From: a virus
Lineage: Duplodnaviria; Caudoviricetes
Reading direction: 5' to 3' (one strand)
Virus record (IMG/VR): IMGVR_UViG_3300004153_000002
Location: 1-54,268 of that record
Length of the DNA stretch: 54,268 nt
Positions 37,301-47,841 of the stretch are shown here, one piece after another. The notes under the pieces were generated by a model. It saw only the letters and a program-made list of their open reading frames with translations. It made no database searches and had not been told where the DNA came from. The position numbers and the translations under genes were made by a program. Numbering within the stretch: position 1 is the first letter of the stretch; each line of letters starts with the position of its first letter.

Positions 37301-37527
37301 ACAATAGCCTTTGGACCACTATCGGTGGATTAATTAAATATTTCAGATTCTCTTTTAAAGAAATAATGTATGAAATATCATGGCCTAATTTACACATGTT
37401 GTCTGCGTCCATTCCATCGTATGACGATGAAAAAAATAAAACTGTTAAGGGCCAAAAGCAAACGACAGCCAAGGTGCCTGAAGTGATCAGTACAGCAGAA
37501 CAAATACAAGACTTTTTCAAATTTTAA
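37228..37527 (+). CDS. -1 frameshift extension of the tail chaperone (gpT-like), not in ORF track
   Basis: -1 frame open 37228-37527 encoding ...GINNSLWTTIGGLIKYFRFSFKEIMYEISWPNLHMLSASIPSYDDEK...DFFKF. Confidence 0.65.
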   Translation, partial: DQRTGFYVLYSVGNRHESNQPEGINNSLWTTIGGLIKYFRFSFKEIMYEISWPNLHMLSASIPSYDDEKNKTVKGQKQTTAKVPEVISTAEQIQDFFKF

Positions 37528-37539
37528 AACCTAAATAAA

Positions 37540-40500
37540 GTGGCAGCAGGTGTACAAAATGGATCTTTGGCGTTTGTCGCTACCGTGGATTACAGTCAGC
37601 TTGAAGAAGCCATCGCACGTTTAGAGGGCAAGATATCTGACTTCACCAAAACGGCGAACACTCAGACAAGGGCGGTAGAAGATTTAGCGAAAAAGGCTGG
37701 TCAGGCTATCGCCGCTTATTTTACCCTTGACGCTGCGACGAACTTCATAAAGAAAATGGCCACGGTCCGTGGTGAATTTCAACAAATTGAGGTTGCGCTG
37801 AATACGATGTTAGGCAGTAAGGAGAAAGCCGATAAATTGATGGCGCAGGTCGTTCAGTTGGCGGCTCAAACTCCTTTTGGATTAACTGATGCCGCACAGG
37901 CTGCGAAACAATTATTAGCTTATGGGTTTGCTGCCGACCAGGTGGCTGATTCGATTAAAATGGTAGGTAATATTGCGGCTGGTGTATCTGCACCGTTAAA
38001 TGATATTGTTTACCTATATGGCACCTTACGGACGCAAGGAAGGGCATACAGCCAGGACATTAAACAGTTTACCGGTCGTGGTATTCCAATCGTAGCTGAA
38101 CTGGCGAAACAATTCGGCGTTACTGAAGATAAAGTCAATACGCTGGTAGCTGCTGGAAAGGTAGGTTTTCCGGATATCGAAAAGGCTTTCCGCTCTATGA
38201 CTGGCAGCGGTGGCATGTTCTTCAATCTGATGGAACAGCAGAGTAAAACACTGACTGGCCAAATAAGCAACTTGTCCGATGCGCTTGACGTAATGTTCAA
38301 CGAACTTGGTAAAAGCCAGGAAGGCTTACTCTCTGCTGGTATATCTGGCCTTACATATTTAATTCAGAATTACCAGAGTGTTATCAAGATAATAGAAGTT
38401 CTAATTGCTGCATATGGAACCTACAAGGCGGCTATTATATTAGTGAATGTATTTACAACCTACCAGGCTACAGCAGCTACAGCCGCCGCACTTGGTATGG
38501 GAGAATTAACCCTTGCTACTTTTCTCTATGATGGCGCTGCAAAGATTGCGGCTGCAACAACCGCATTCCTTAACAAAACAATGTTATCCAACCCTTACGT
38601 AGCTATTGCGACGGTTTTAGCGGCTTTGGTAACAGCATTGTATGTTTATTCAAATGCAGGTGAAGAGGTAAAAACAACTAACGATATATTAGCCCAATCA
38701 AACAAAAACGTAGCAAGTACAATAGCGGCACAGGAGGCGGCAATAACTCCTTATGTGGCTATACTTCAGAATGCTAAAACTACAGAAGAAGAAAGGATTA
38801 TTGCGTTAAAAAAACTTAACGACATCAGTCCTCAACTGGTTGCCGGATTAAATGCACAGTCGTTATCCCAAAAGGAGTTAACAGAAAATGTAAATAATTA
38901 CGTAGAAAGTTTGCGTAATAAAATAAAAGCAGAATCAAATCAAGCTAACGTTAAAGAAAGTTTAGACCAGGAAGAGAAGTTTAGAAAGCAGATTGAGAAT
39001 GTAAAAAAACTTCAGGATGAAGAACGCAAAAGAGATCCTAAAGGGTTCTTCGGTAGCGACAATTCTAAAGCTATAGAGGCTAATGTAAATACTCTTCAAC
39101 GATCTATAGATAATACTACTAAATTATTAGAAGATCAGAAGAAGGTTACAAATGAACTGGCTGGCATATCTGTTAGCGCTGAAGCTGACAAAACAAAGGC
39201 AATTAAAAAATCAAATGCTGAGTTAATAGCCGGTACAAATTCATTAGATGATTTGAAAGCCGTTGTGGACGAACTTAAATTGCAATACAGTAAAGCCAAT
39301 ACCACGGAACTTCGTAATTCACTTACAAAGGATCTTCAGGCAGCTGATGCACGTAAAATTATACTTGATCCATACGGCAACCAGAAAAAGTCTGCAAAAG
39401 AAGCAGCCCGCGAAGTCAGTAAGCTGGCATCGCTAATGGAGAAAATAAAAGACCTTGAAGCAAAAGGCGCCGGCATAATTGGCGGTACTGAAGAACGTAA
39501 TAAAAAGAATATTGAAAACGATGTTGACAAGCTGATTGCTGATGCTAAAAAGATAAATGCAAGACCTGAGATATTAGCACGTATACGTATTGCAGGCGGT
39601 CTGCTGATTGACGATGCTACTAAAAAGTTGTTAGAGCGGGAAGCACAGAATTATACATCTGCCAATATATCAAATATCAATACTGATATAAATAACGTTC
39701 GGTTTGATCCTGAGCGTGAACTTGAATTAAAAAAGCAGGCTATTAAGGAACAACTGAAATTAGACCTGGCTGCAAATGAAGCGGTGGCGGATGATTCTGT
39801 TGATAGTAAAGTAAAGATGATAGCGAAGGAAGCGGAACTTCGATCTAAAGCCCGCAAAGATGCTTTTAACCTTGATGCTGAAGACGAACGTCGCAAACTG
39901 GATCTTTCTATCAATAATATCAAGTCACAAAATAATATTCTTAACATCCAGGACAACCGTATTGTAAAGGATGATACTAGTACTATTAATGAAAAGTATG
40001 AAGCCCAACAGCGGATTTTAGAACGTAACCAGAAAGCTATAAAAGAACAGATAGCCTTATGGAAACGTTTCGGCGCGGCTGGCTTTGGCAACATCGATGA
40101 TGTTACAAAGCAGCTGGAAGATTTGGGCCTTCAGATGAATGAAGTCAACGAGCAGGGTGCTGACCTGGATAAAAATCACCTGAAGGAAATCTTCGATCAA
40201 TTACCGAATATCCTTTCAAATAGTTCTACAGCGTTGCGGGCGTTTGCAGATGGTATCAGGGACACAAATAAAGGGCTGGCTGATACCCTGGACACATTAA
40301 ACGACCTGATTGACGGCTTCGGTGGTATTGCCCAACTGGCCGGCGCCGTGGGCAGCAACATAAAGGGTGGTAAGCTGGACGCCAAAGCAGCGGGCAGCGC
40401 GGCCGGTAGCATTGGCGGGTTGATTGGTACAGGTGCGGCAATAGGTGCTGCCTTTGGGGGTGTTGGAGCTGTTGTAGGCGCTGCGGTAGGCGCCGTGGTA

Positions 40501-41556
40501 GGTGGTGTCATCGCAATCGTTAAAGGCGGTAAAAAGGTACGGGAATCGCTGGAAAAGACATATCAGGCGATATACTCCTTCCAGGTGAACCAGGAATTAG
40601 GAGAATACCGTATCAACCAGCTGTTACGTGACAGATTGGTCATGAAGGCAAAGGAAACGGACCTGACCCTTAAACTGATCAAAGCACAGCGGGAAGCATT
40701 AGCCCTGGCAAATGAGCAGAATAAAGCGGATCAGGCACGTTTACTGACCTTACTGCAGGGTGAAACTTTCATTTCCAGTGTAGGCACCAAAAAATATGGC
40801 GGCTTCCTGGGACTGTGGAGAAAGACCGAAGCGGTCAACCAGTATAGTTCACTTTTAGGCATGACCTTCGACCAGATACAGAAATTGTACGAATCAGGTC
40901 AGTTGGATGGAAAGGCAAAGGAACTGTTCGAACAACTGAAGGCCATACAGCAGGAAGGCGGCGATATACAGCAGCAGTTAGATGATTTAAAGAACAAAGC
41001 AAATGAAGTGTTCACCGGTACCACTTCCGATAGTATAACCGATTCTATCATAGATGGATTTAAGAACGGGGAATTCGCTGTAGGCGACTTTGCTGACAAT
41101 TTTGAAGACCTGATGCGCAATGCTGCATTAAACGCACTTAAATTTCAATTTCTGGAAGGTGCAATAAATGATTTTTACGATCAATTTGCAGCAGCTTCAG
41201 AAAGCGGTGGTGGATTAACAAAATCAGAAATTGCTGATCTTCAGGAAAAATATAACCAAATCATTAAAAATGCGAATGACCAGTTTCAACAGTTGCAGGA
41301 TGTCACCGGAATAAACCTGGCAGAGAACGACAATTCAAACACCTTGTCCGGGGCCGTAAAAGGGATCACCGAACAGCAGGCCGATTTATTAGCCGGTCAG
41401 TTTGGTGGACTTCGGTTCACGGCCATGCAGCAGTTATCTGTTATGAACAGTCAATTGTCTGTACTTAACGAAATTAAAAGAGACACCGCATTCTTATCTA
41501 ACATCGACGCTAAACTTCGACACATTCAGGATTTTGGCGTTAAATTAATTCCTTAA
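37540..41556 (+). CDS. Tape measure protein
   Basis: 1338 aa; TPFGL..AAKQLLAYGF tape-measure domain; Ala/Gly TM stretches. Confidence 0.93.
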   Translation: MAAGVQNGSLAFVATVDYSQLEEAIARLEGKISDFTKTANTQTRAVEDLAKKAGQAIAAYFTLDAATNFIKKMATVRGEFQQIEVALNTMLGSKEKADKLMAQVVQLAAQTPFGLTDAAQAAKQLLAYGFAADQVADSIKMVGNIAAGVSAPLNDIVYLYGTLRTQGRAYSQDIKQFTGRGIPIVAELAKQFGVTEDKVNTLVAAGKVGFPDIEKAFRSMTGSGGMFFNLMEQQSKTLTGQISNLSDALDVMFNELGKSQEGLLSAGISGLTYLIQNYQSVIKIIEVLIAAYGTYKAAIILVNVFTTYQATAATAAALGMGELTLATFLYDGAAKIAAATTAFLNKTMLSNPYVAIATVLAALVTALYVYSNAGEEVKTTNDILAQSNKNVASTIAAQEAAITPYVAILQNAKTTEEERIIALKKLNDISPQLVAGLNAQSLSQKELTENVNNYVESLRNKIKAESNQANVKESLDQEEKFRKQIENVKKLQDEERKRDPKGFFGSDNSKAIEANVNTLQRSIDNTTKLLEDQKKVTNELAGISVSAEADKTKAIKKSNAELIAGTNSLDDLKAVVDELKLQYSKANTTELRNSLTKDLQAADARKIILDPYGNQKKSAKEAAREVSKLASLMEKIKDLEAKGAGIIGGTEERNKKNIENDVDKLIADAKKINARPEILARIRIAGGLLIDDATKKLLEREAQNYTSANISNINTDINNVRFDPERELELKKQAIKEQLKLDLAANEAVADDSVDSKVKMIAKEAELRSKARKDAFNLDAEDERRKLDLSINNIKSQNNILNIQDNRIVKDDTSTINEKYEAQQRILERNQKAIKEQIALWKRFGAAGFGNIDDVTKQLEDLGLQMNEVNEQGADLDKNHLKEIFDQLPNILSNSSTALRAFADGIRDTNKGLADTLDTLNDLIDGFGGIAQLAGAVGSNIKGGKLDAKAAGSAAGSIGGLIGTGAAIGAAFGGVGAVVGAAVGAVVGGVIAIVKGGKKVRESLEKTYQAIYSFQVNQELGEYRINQLLRDRLVMKAKETDLTLKLIKAQREALALANEQNKADQARLLTLLQGETFISSVGTKKYGGFLGLWRKTEAVNQYSSLLGMTFDQIQKLYESGQLDGKAKELFEQLKAIQQEGGDIQQQLDDLKNKANEVFTGTTSDSITDSIIDGFKNGEFAVGDFADNFEDLMRNAALNALKFQFLEGAINDFYDQFAAASESGGGLTKSEIADLQEKYNQIIKNANDQFQQLQDVTGINLAENDNSNTLSGAVKGITEQQADLLAGQFGGLRFTAMQQLSVMNSQLSVLNEIKRDTAFLSNIDAKLRHIQDFGVKLIP

Positions 41557-41557
41557 A

Positions 41558-42034
41558 ATGGCTTACAAATATAGCATAGACGGCCGCGACTTGCAGGCCA
41601 TTTACGGTATCACTGTCAGTTCAGGAAGTGAAGATTTTCTTCGCTTTCCTGACCGCAAGGACAGCACAGAACATGACTGGTCCGATAGAAACGGAATTGA
41701 TAAGGATACGTCACGTGTATTTTTTAAAGACCGGCCGATCACATTGAACTGTAATTTAATTGCTGACAATGAAAGCGACTTTTGGATAAAGTATAACGCC
41801 TTTCTTTCTATGTTGGCGCAACCCGGTGAACGTCGCCTTGAAATATCTGAATTTAACGCGAACTACTACGTGATATATATAAAATGCGATTCGTTCACCA
41901 GGTACACGGGCTTAGCTTCAGCAGTTGACAAAGTGGCCTGTAAATTTACATTATCTCTGCGTGAACTTCACCCACAGGCCGACGCTTCAAATCAATACCT
42001 AATTTCCGAACCTGGTATATTCATCATCACATGA
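41558..42034 (+). CDS. Distal tail protein (Dit-like)
   Basis: Follows TMP; IDGRDL...YG, HDWSDRNGID. Confidence 0.7.
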   Translation: MAYKYSIDGRDLQAIYGITVSSGSEDFLRFPDRKDSTEHDWSDRNGIDKDTSRVFFKDRPITLNCNLIADNESDFWIKYNAFLSMLAQPGERRLEISEFNANYYVIYIKCDSFTRYTGLASAVDKVACKFTLSLRELHPQADASNQYLISEPGIFIIT

Positions 42035-43602
42035 GTTTTAACATAGCACTTTATCGGAACCAAAACGCACCGCAGCTGATATACAACTTAACTACACTAA
42101 ATGGTGGTAGTCAGTCCAAAGCGATAATGGGAGATAACAAAGTCACCTTCACAATTAAATCATCTAGTATGATTTATTTCCGAATAGGTGACTTTGCTGA
42201 CATTTTCAATGAGCGTTACTACATTATGAACGTTCCTATTGCAGATAAATCGTCATCACGTGAGTATGACTACAGCGTTGTCATGTATGCAGATTACTAT
42301 CAGCTGAACAAAACGCAATACATGTTCTATAATGAGAACAACGAGTTGCGTGAAGGCAATTTCTCATTGATGGGTAACCCGACAGAATTTATAGACAAGG
42401 TTGTTGAAAATGCTAACCGTGTTAGTTCTGGATGGTCACGCGGTGAAGTGATACCAGGTATTTATAAAAACATGACGTTTGCTGGTGAAACATGCCTTGC
42501 TGCATTACAGCGTATTGCTAATGAGTACGACACCGAATACAAAATTGAAGGAAAGAAAATCCATTTGGCAAAGCGTGGACGTAATACCGGTATCACTTTA
42601 CAAAACGGATACGACAAAGGGCTGTACACCATCAGGCGTGAACCGATAGATAACAGTTCTGTTACCACACGACTGTACGCATTCGGATCAGCAACAAACC
42701 TTCCTGAAGATTATCGCAACGGCGCAACACGTTTGCTACTTCCTGGTACAGATGGATACATTGAAAAGAATGTGGCCTTATATGGCATAGACGAAGAAAC
42801 AAAAACATTTGATGATATTTTCCCGCATCGTGAAGGAATAGTCACTTCAGTGAATGGATTGAATGTATACCAGTTTTCTGACAACGCCATCGATTTTGAC
42901 GTTAACGACTACAAACTATCTGGTGTGAATGTCAAGGTAACTTTTAATACTGGTCAGCTTGCCGGATATACCTTTGATGTTAATAAGTTCGATAACCTAA
43001 CAAAGACCTTCACCATCCTGAAAAACAAAAGCGAAAAGAGTATTGATATTCCGTCAACTACTTTTAAAGCTACCATCGGTGATAAATATGTATTGGTTGA
43101 CTTGAAAATGCCGCAATCTTACATTGATGCAGCGGAAGCCGAATTGTTGACACAGGCTACATCTTATCTGAATGAAGTGTCTAATCCGATTCTGAAATAC
43201 ACCGTTACCACCGATCCTACTTTCATGCGTAAAAATAATATCGTGCTGTCACCAGGCGATAAGATTTGGATCTTAGATACCGAACTTGAAGTTTCCAGGG
43301 CAATCCGGATCAATGACATGACCCGTTCGTTCGATGATGAATACGATTATAACGTACAGTTATCTGACGAATCTATCAGCGGGGTGCTGGAAGCTATCAA
43401 CAACGGCATTGATGGTGCAAATCGTGGCGTTCAGGATTTAGCCAATCAGGTTGACGACCGGTCAAAGGAAAACAAATTCGTCGGCGACATCACTATTGAG
43501 CAAGGGACCGCCATCTTCCCTGATATGCAGGTTAAACCAGTAGGAATGACCACGGTGGCTATCGTCATGGGAACTGATGGTAAATTGTACAAAGCAAGTT
43601 AG
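42031..43602 (+). CDS. Tail hub/Tal-like baseplate protein
   Basis: TRLYAFGSATNLP, FDDIFP, TGQLAGY, GDKYVL..MPQSYI. Confidence 0.8.
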   Translation: MSFNIALYRNQNAPQLIYNLTTLNGGSQSKAIMGDNKVTFTIKSSSMIYFRIGDFADIFNERYYIMNVPIADKSSSREYDYSVVMYADYYQLNKTQYMFYNENNELREGNFSLMGNPTEFIDKVVENANRVSSGWSRGEVIPGIYKNMTFAGETCLAALQRIANEYDTEYKIEGKKIHLAKRGRNTGITLQNGYDKGLYTIRREPIDNSSVTTRLYAFGSATNLPEDYRNGATRLLLPGTDGYIEKNVALYGIDEETKTFDDIFPHREGIVTSVNGLNVYQFSDNAIDFDVNDYKLSGVNVKVTFNTGQLAGYTFDVNKFDNLTKTFTILKNKSEKSIDIPSTTFKATIGDKYVLVDLKMPQSYIDAAEAELLTQATSYLNEVSNPILKYTVTTDPTFMRKNNIVLSPGDKIWILDTELEVSRAIRINDMTRSFDDEYDYNVQLSDESISGVLEAINNGIDGANRGVQDLANQVDDRSKENKFVGDITIEQGTAIFPDMQVKPVGMTTVAIVMGTDGKLYKAS

Positions 43603-43827
43603 GACCACATGGACCAGAGCCGGACCACATACCGGACCATATCAAACCCTTTCTAGTGGCGGTTTGGACCACATGGACCACATTATTGTATACTCTATGT
43701 AAATAAAATAAAAATATTATTATAATAGGGAAAGCAATAGAAAAAGGTCCGAAAATGTGGTGCAACTGGTCCGATCGGCCACCACAGCAGATTTGATCTG
43801 GTCCGGGTTTTGGTCCGAACGTGGTCC
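43602..43827. repeat. Putative origin B: inverted homolog of origin A
   Basis: 6 GGACCA, AT core, 5 GGTCC; 43663-43686 is the exact reverse complement of 13091-13114. Confidence 0.75.
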
Positions 43828-43860
43828 GATTTAGAAGGATTTTTTCAAAATTGAGTTAAT

Positions 43861-43868
43861 TACCTTTG
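43861..43868 (+). promoter_or_regulatory. -7 box (TACCTTTG) for the tail fibre operon
   Basis: Same octamer as before the scaffold gene. Confidence 0.55.
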
Positions 43869-43890
43869 ATATAATCTAAAAAATTAATAA

Positions 43891-45207
43891 ATGGCTATAG
43901 TTAGAGGGTTTATAATCGGCACCGCACAGGAAATACAGGTGGAATTACAGACCGCCCGCATTCCTGAGTTACCGCCATTTACTGACGTTCAGGACGATGA
44001 CGTCATTGCAGGATGGGACCGGTCGGAGAACGAAACACGTTACATGACCATAGCAATGATGCGGAGTAAGATTATAGGCGATGGCACCACGCAGCCGCCT
44101 GTTCTTACTAACGGTACCATACAACTTGTAGTTGATGCAACTCACGCCGGGCAATATCGCTGGGATTTGCCCACCATAGCCGGCCAGGATTTCATTTTAC
44201 AGCGGCGTATGGTTGGTGACCTATTAGGTGGCGAAACAACGCCTGAGTATGAGATCATTTCTACAGGTGGCTTCCTGCTGGTTGGGGATGCCCCAAAAAT
44301 GCGTGAAGGTGAAGTGTTTATTCTGAAGCTGGTAAAACTACAGGGAGGCGATGCCGGAGTAATTGAAAGTTCAGGTGGACTATTTACCGGAATTGTATTG
44401 ATAGATACGTCAATTGCATATAGTGAAGTACATGAACGCAAGGTGTTAAATATCGCCGGAGGAACTAACCGAATTACATACACCCTTCCTTCTATTTTGA
44501 ATGTTAAGGATTCTGCTATCATCCCTTTCGAAACATCTGGCATCAATTCGGTTCAAACTACTATTACCACGGTAGATAATCAAATGATATACTTTAACGG
44601 TGGCGCATCCAATACAATTTGGATGGGATCAGGCGAAATACTATGGCTTCAGCAGGGGGAAGATGGATGGTATGTAATATCGATGTATGGTAATTTCCAA
44701 AGTGTAGGAGAAGTAGAATTTGGATATAAAAAGAAAAAAAATTCTCTGGAATTAAACGGTGATCTGGTACTTCGCGCTGACTATCCACGTTTATGGAATG
44801 AAGTTGCTGGATATGGCAATTCAATTGTAACTGATTCTTTGTGGAATCCTGGTAATCCATCTGACATGAGTTATAAAGGGTGTTTTAGTTTAGGCACCAA
44901 TTCAACTAATTTTAGATTGCCTGATGTGCGTGGGCTATTTGTCAGATTTACTGATGAAGATGGCACCGGAAGAGACACGAATGAAAGAATATATCCACAT
45001 GCGGGTGGATATCAGGAAGATTCAATAAAAGCATTTCAAATAACGATACCTAAAGCTAAACTATCTACTACTGATGCAGGTTCAGGAGATTTGAAATTAA
45101 CAACTGGTGGGGATTCATCACCAGGTTCTGATTTTACTATTAATTATGGTGGATTAGGAGAAACTAAACCGAAAAATATTTATTTAACTGGATATGTAAA
45201 AGCATAA
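43891..45207 (+). CDS. Tail fibre protein with collar domain
   Basis: LNG..VLRADYPRLW, FRLPDVRGLFVR, ETKPKNI. Confidence 0.8.
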   Translation: MAIVRGFIIGTAQEIQVELQTARIPELPPFTDVQDDDVIAGWDRSENETRYMTIAMMRSKIIGDGTTQPPVLTNGTIQLVVDATHAGQYRWDLPTIAGQDFILQRRMVGDLLGGETTPEYEIISTGGFLLVGDAPKMREGEVFILKLVKLQGGDAGVIESSGGLFTGIVLIDTSIAYSEVHERKVLNIAGGTNRITYTLPSILNVKDSAIIPFETSGINSVQTTITTVDNQMIYFNGGASNTIWMGSGEILWLQQGEDGWYVISMYGNFQSVGEVEFGYKKKKNSLELNGDLVLRADYPRLWNEVAGYGNSIVTDSLWNPGNPSDMSYKGCFSLGTNSTNFRLPDVRGLFVRFTDEDGTGRDTNERIYPHAGGYQEDSIKAFQITIPKAKLSTTDAGSGDLKLTTGGDSSPGSDFTINYGGLGETKPKNIYLTGYVKA

Positions 45208-45210
45208 ATC

Positions 45211-45597
45211 ATGGCAGTAGAATATCAAAAATCATATTTAGACATCGAACATGATGCTAAAATTTCAGTAACAGGTGAATTTTCCCTTCCTGAATTAGTA
45301 GATTTAATTACACCTCCGGTAGGTGAAAACGCGATCGGCATGAAAGAAGGTCTGCAGTATAAATGGAATCGAATTACAATGGTATGGGAACCGGTTGGAG
45401 GCGGAGTTGACGCTATTGAAGTAAGTACAGCTTTTGACAGTAGCGCAATAACAAGTCAGTTTTTGACAGCTACATATCCTGACCAAAAAAAAATTATTTT
45501 TACTAATTTGACTGACTTGCCCGATAATGTAATGACAGTAAACCAAACTACGTCTGGCGAATGGTATGCAAATTTATATAGTAATAAATTACCTTAA
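45211..45597 (+). CDS. Hypothetical tail-associated protein
   Basis: Operon position. Confidence 0.6.
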   Translation: MAVEYQKSYLDIEHDAKISVTGEFSLPELVDLITPPVGENAIGMKEGLQYKWNRITMVWEPVGGGVDAIEVSTAFDSSAITSQFLTATYPDQKKIIFTNLTDLPDNVMTVNQTTSGEWYANLYSNKLP

Positions 45598-45606
45598 AAA
45601 AAAAGT

Positions 45607-47841
45607 ATGAAAAACAGATTGTTAATTATTATTCTATTAATATTCCCTTCTTTTTTATTTGCACAGAAATACCAATCCGCGCCTAATACACAGGCTAAGT
45701 ATTTAAGGGCTGATTCTGGCTTAATTATACCAGACGACACAACTACATCTACAGTCAACACCACTGACAGTTGCCGCCGCATCGCAAAGAAGAATAATAT
45801 ACTTTACGCCTACAATTGTGATAGTGCAAAATGGATAATTGTACAAGGCCGGTCTAGATCATTGCAGGAAACTACAAATACAGGTGATACAACTAAAAAT
45901 GTAATTTCTTATACTGGATTCGATAACATCCCAAATGTAACAGGGCTTACAATTGGTAGAGGTATTATGTATAGTGGTAGCATATTTGGCGGTACAAAAG
46001 AAGATTTGCAGCTACTTACTAAAACATATACAATAAATGCTACAGGAGGTATGCAAGTTATTTCCGGAAATGGATTTGATATATCTTCATCTGGCAGCAA
46101 AGGCAGATTACAAGCAGACTCCATAGAATTTGTATCTAACACGTCCGGAATCGCAGCCAAATTTAATTCATGGGTAAGTGGCTTTGATGCAAGATTTCCA
46201 AAGGAATTTATCACTAAAACACAATTAGACTCATTGGCGGCAAATGCAATAGATACTACGTCCTTAAGCAATAGGATTAATGGTAAAGAGCCTTTAATAA
46301 GTTCCGGAGCAAATACACAATATTGGAGAGGGGATAAGACGTTCCAAACTCTTAATATTGCGGCTATTCCTGGATTAATTGATAGTTTTAGGACAGCTTC
46401 AAACGGATTAAAAAAAGTGGTAAATGTTATAAAATTAGGCGGCAATTTAACCGAGTCTACTATATTAAGAACAGATAGCTTTAACTTGCGAATTTTAAAT
46501 AACCGTCCAGCATTTATTGAGTTTCAGAGAACAGGAGCGGGTTTAAATGTTGGGTCATCTGTAGCAAGTGTGGGTATGCATGGCAACCCCGAAGCTAATC
46601 TGTGTTTTAATATGGATTATACGGACGGGATACATCGACTTTACGATACTACTAAAGGAGCTATGTGGTTAGCGTTAGGCGCTGGTACACTTGCAGCGGG
46701 TAATATAGGAGCTGTTCAGTATGCAGTGCCAAATTCAAATCCAGCTACAGACGTTTGGAGCTCGATAGGTGCGCCGTATGCACTGTGGTGGAAATCAGTA
46801 GGTTTGAATGCTCAATTCGCTGTAAATAACAATGTCAATAGAACTGTATTTGATGCAAACATGATGATAGTACGCGCTGCCGCACAGGCTAATTTAGGCG
46901 GTTTGGGTGACTTCGTGCTAGATGGCAGTGCCACGAAGGGGCAAGTAGCTAAAGTATATGTTAATCTTTACAATACTGGAAACTCTTACATATCTCCCGG
47001 AGGTGGAAATATTATAGCGGGCCCAGATACTTATGCACCTGTTGAAAAACTATCTGTCTATGGAAGTATTGAAACCAGAAGCAATGCGGCTTATACGAAT
47101 AATATTGCCCAGGGATATATTGCATTTCGTGATTTTAATGGTAAAGCATCTGCATCAATAGGAAGGACTTCTACGGTAAACAAAGATTTATACTTTACCA
47201 ATAGCATAGGCACTAAATCTAAATTTATAAATATGCCCGATACGGCACAGGGCGGAAGCGCCCTGGCTTATGTTTCAATGATGATAGATTCGTCAAGAAA
47301 CGTATCCATAGGAGACACTACCCCAACTGCACGTTTCAATGTGACTGGCACTGTAAAATTCAACGTACCATCTGCGGCGAAGTGGGATTTGTACAAAAGA
47401 GATAGTGCAACGGGGTTCCTTGCTCCTATAGCTGCGGGCACACCTGGCCAAGTTTTGACAGTAGGGTACGGAGGAAATCCCGGTTGGGCAGGTATCCAGC
47501 AGGGATCAGATACGAGCAGGGTGAAATATGAAAAAGTTAAAAAAGCAATAACTGCAAATACTACAATGGACAGTACAGCTACTAAATGGCTAATAGATTG
47601 CACTAGCACCGATGTTACAATTACCCTTCCTGATGCATCTATTTCACCATATTGGATAAGTACTGGTACCAATGTGGGTTATGGCATTAAGTACTATATT
47701 TTAAGAACTGACAATACTGCACATGTACTGACCATTCAGGCGGGCGGAACTCAGAAAATAGACGGACAAAGTAATTTTTCCATCTATAATAATTCATACT
47801 TAAATTTATTTTCAGATGGTGCGAACTGGTACAGTAATTAA
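45607..47841 (+). CDS. Tail fibre/spike-like protein carrying a Sec signal peptide
   Basis: MKNRLLIIILLIFPSFLFA|Q; QYWRGDKTFQTL, GQVLTV..G.P.W, ITLPDA...IDG fibre-type motifs. Confidence 0.7.
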   Translation: MKNRLLIIILLIFPSFLFAQKYQSAPNTQAKYLRADSGLIIPDDTTTSTVNTTDSCRRIAKKNNILYAYNCDSAKWIIVQGRSRSLQETTNTGDTTKNVISYTGFDNIPNVTGLTIGRGIMYSGSIFGGTKEDLQLLTKTYTINATGGMQVISGNGFDISSSGSKGRLQADSIEFVSNTSGIAAKFNSWVSGFDARFPKEFITKTQLDSLAANAIDTTSLSNRINGKEPLISSGANTQYWRGDKTFQTLNIAAIPGLIDSFRTASNGLKKVVNVIKLGGNLTESTILRTDSFNLRILNNRPAFIEFQRTGAGLNVGSSVASVGMHGNPEANLCFNMDYTDGIHRLYDTTKGAMWLALGAGTLAAGNIGAVQYAVPNSNPATDVWSSIGAPYALWWKSVGLNAQFAVNNNVNRTVFDANMMIVRAAAQANLGGLGDFVLDGSATKGQVAKVYVNLYNTGNSYISPGGGNIIAGPDTYAPVEKLSVYGSIETRSNAAYTNNIAQGYIAFRDFNGKASASIGRTSTVNKDLYFTNSIGTKSKFINMPDTAQGGSALAYVSMMIDSSRNVSIGDTTPTARFNVTGTVKFNVPSAAKWDLYKRDSATGFLAPIAAGTPGQVLTVGYGGNPGWAGIQQGSDTSRVKYEKVKKAITANTTMDSTATKWLIDCTSTDVTITLPDASISPYWISTGTNVGYGIKYYILRTDNTAHVLTIQAGGTQKIDGQSNFSIYNNSYLNLFSDGANWYSN

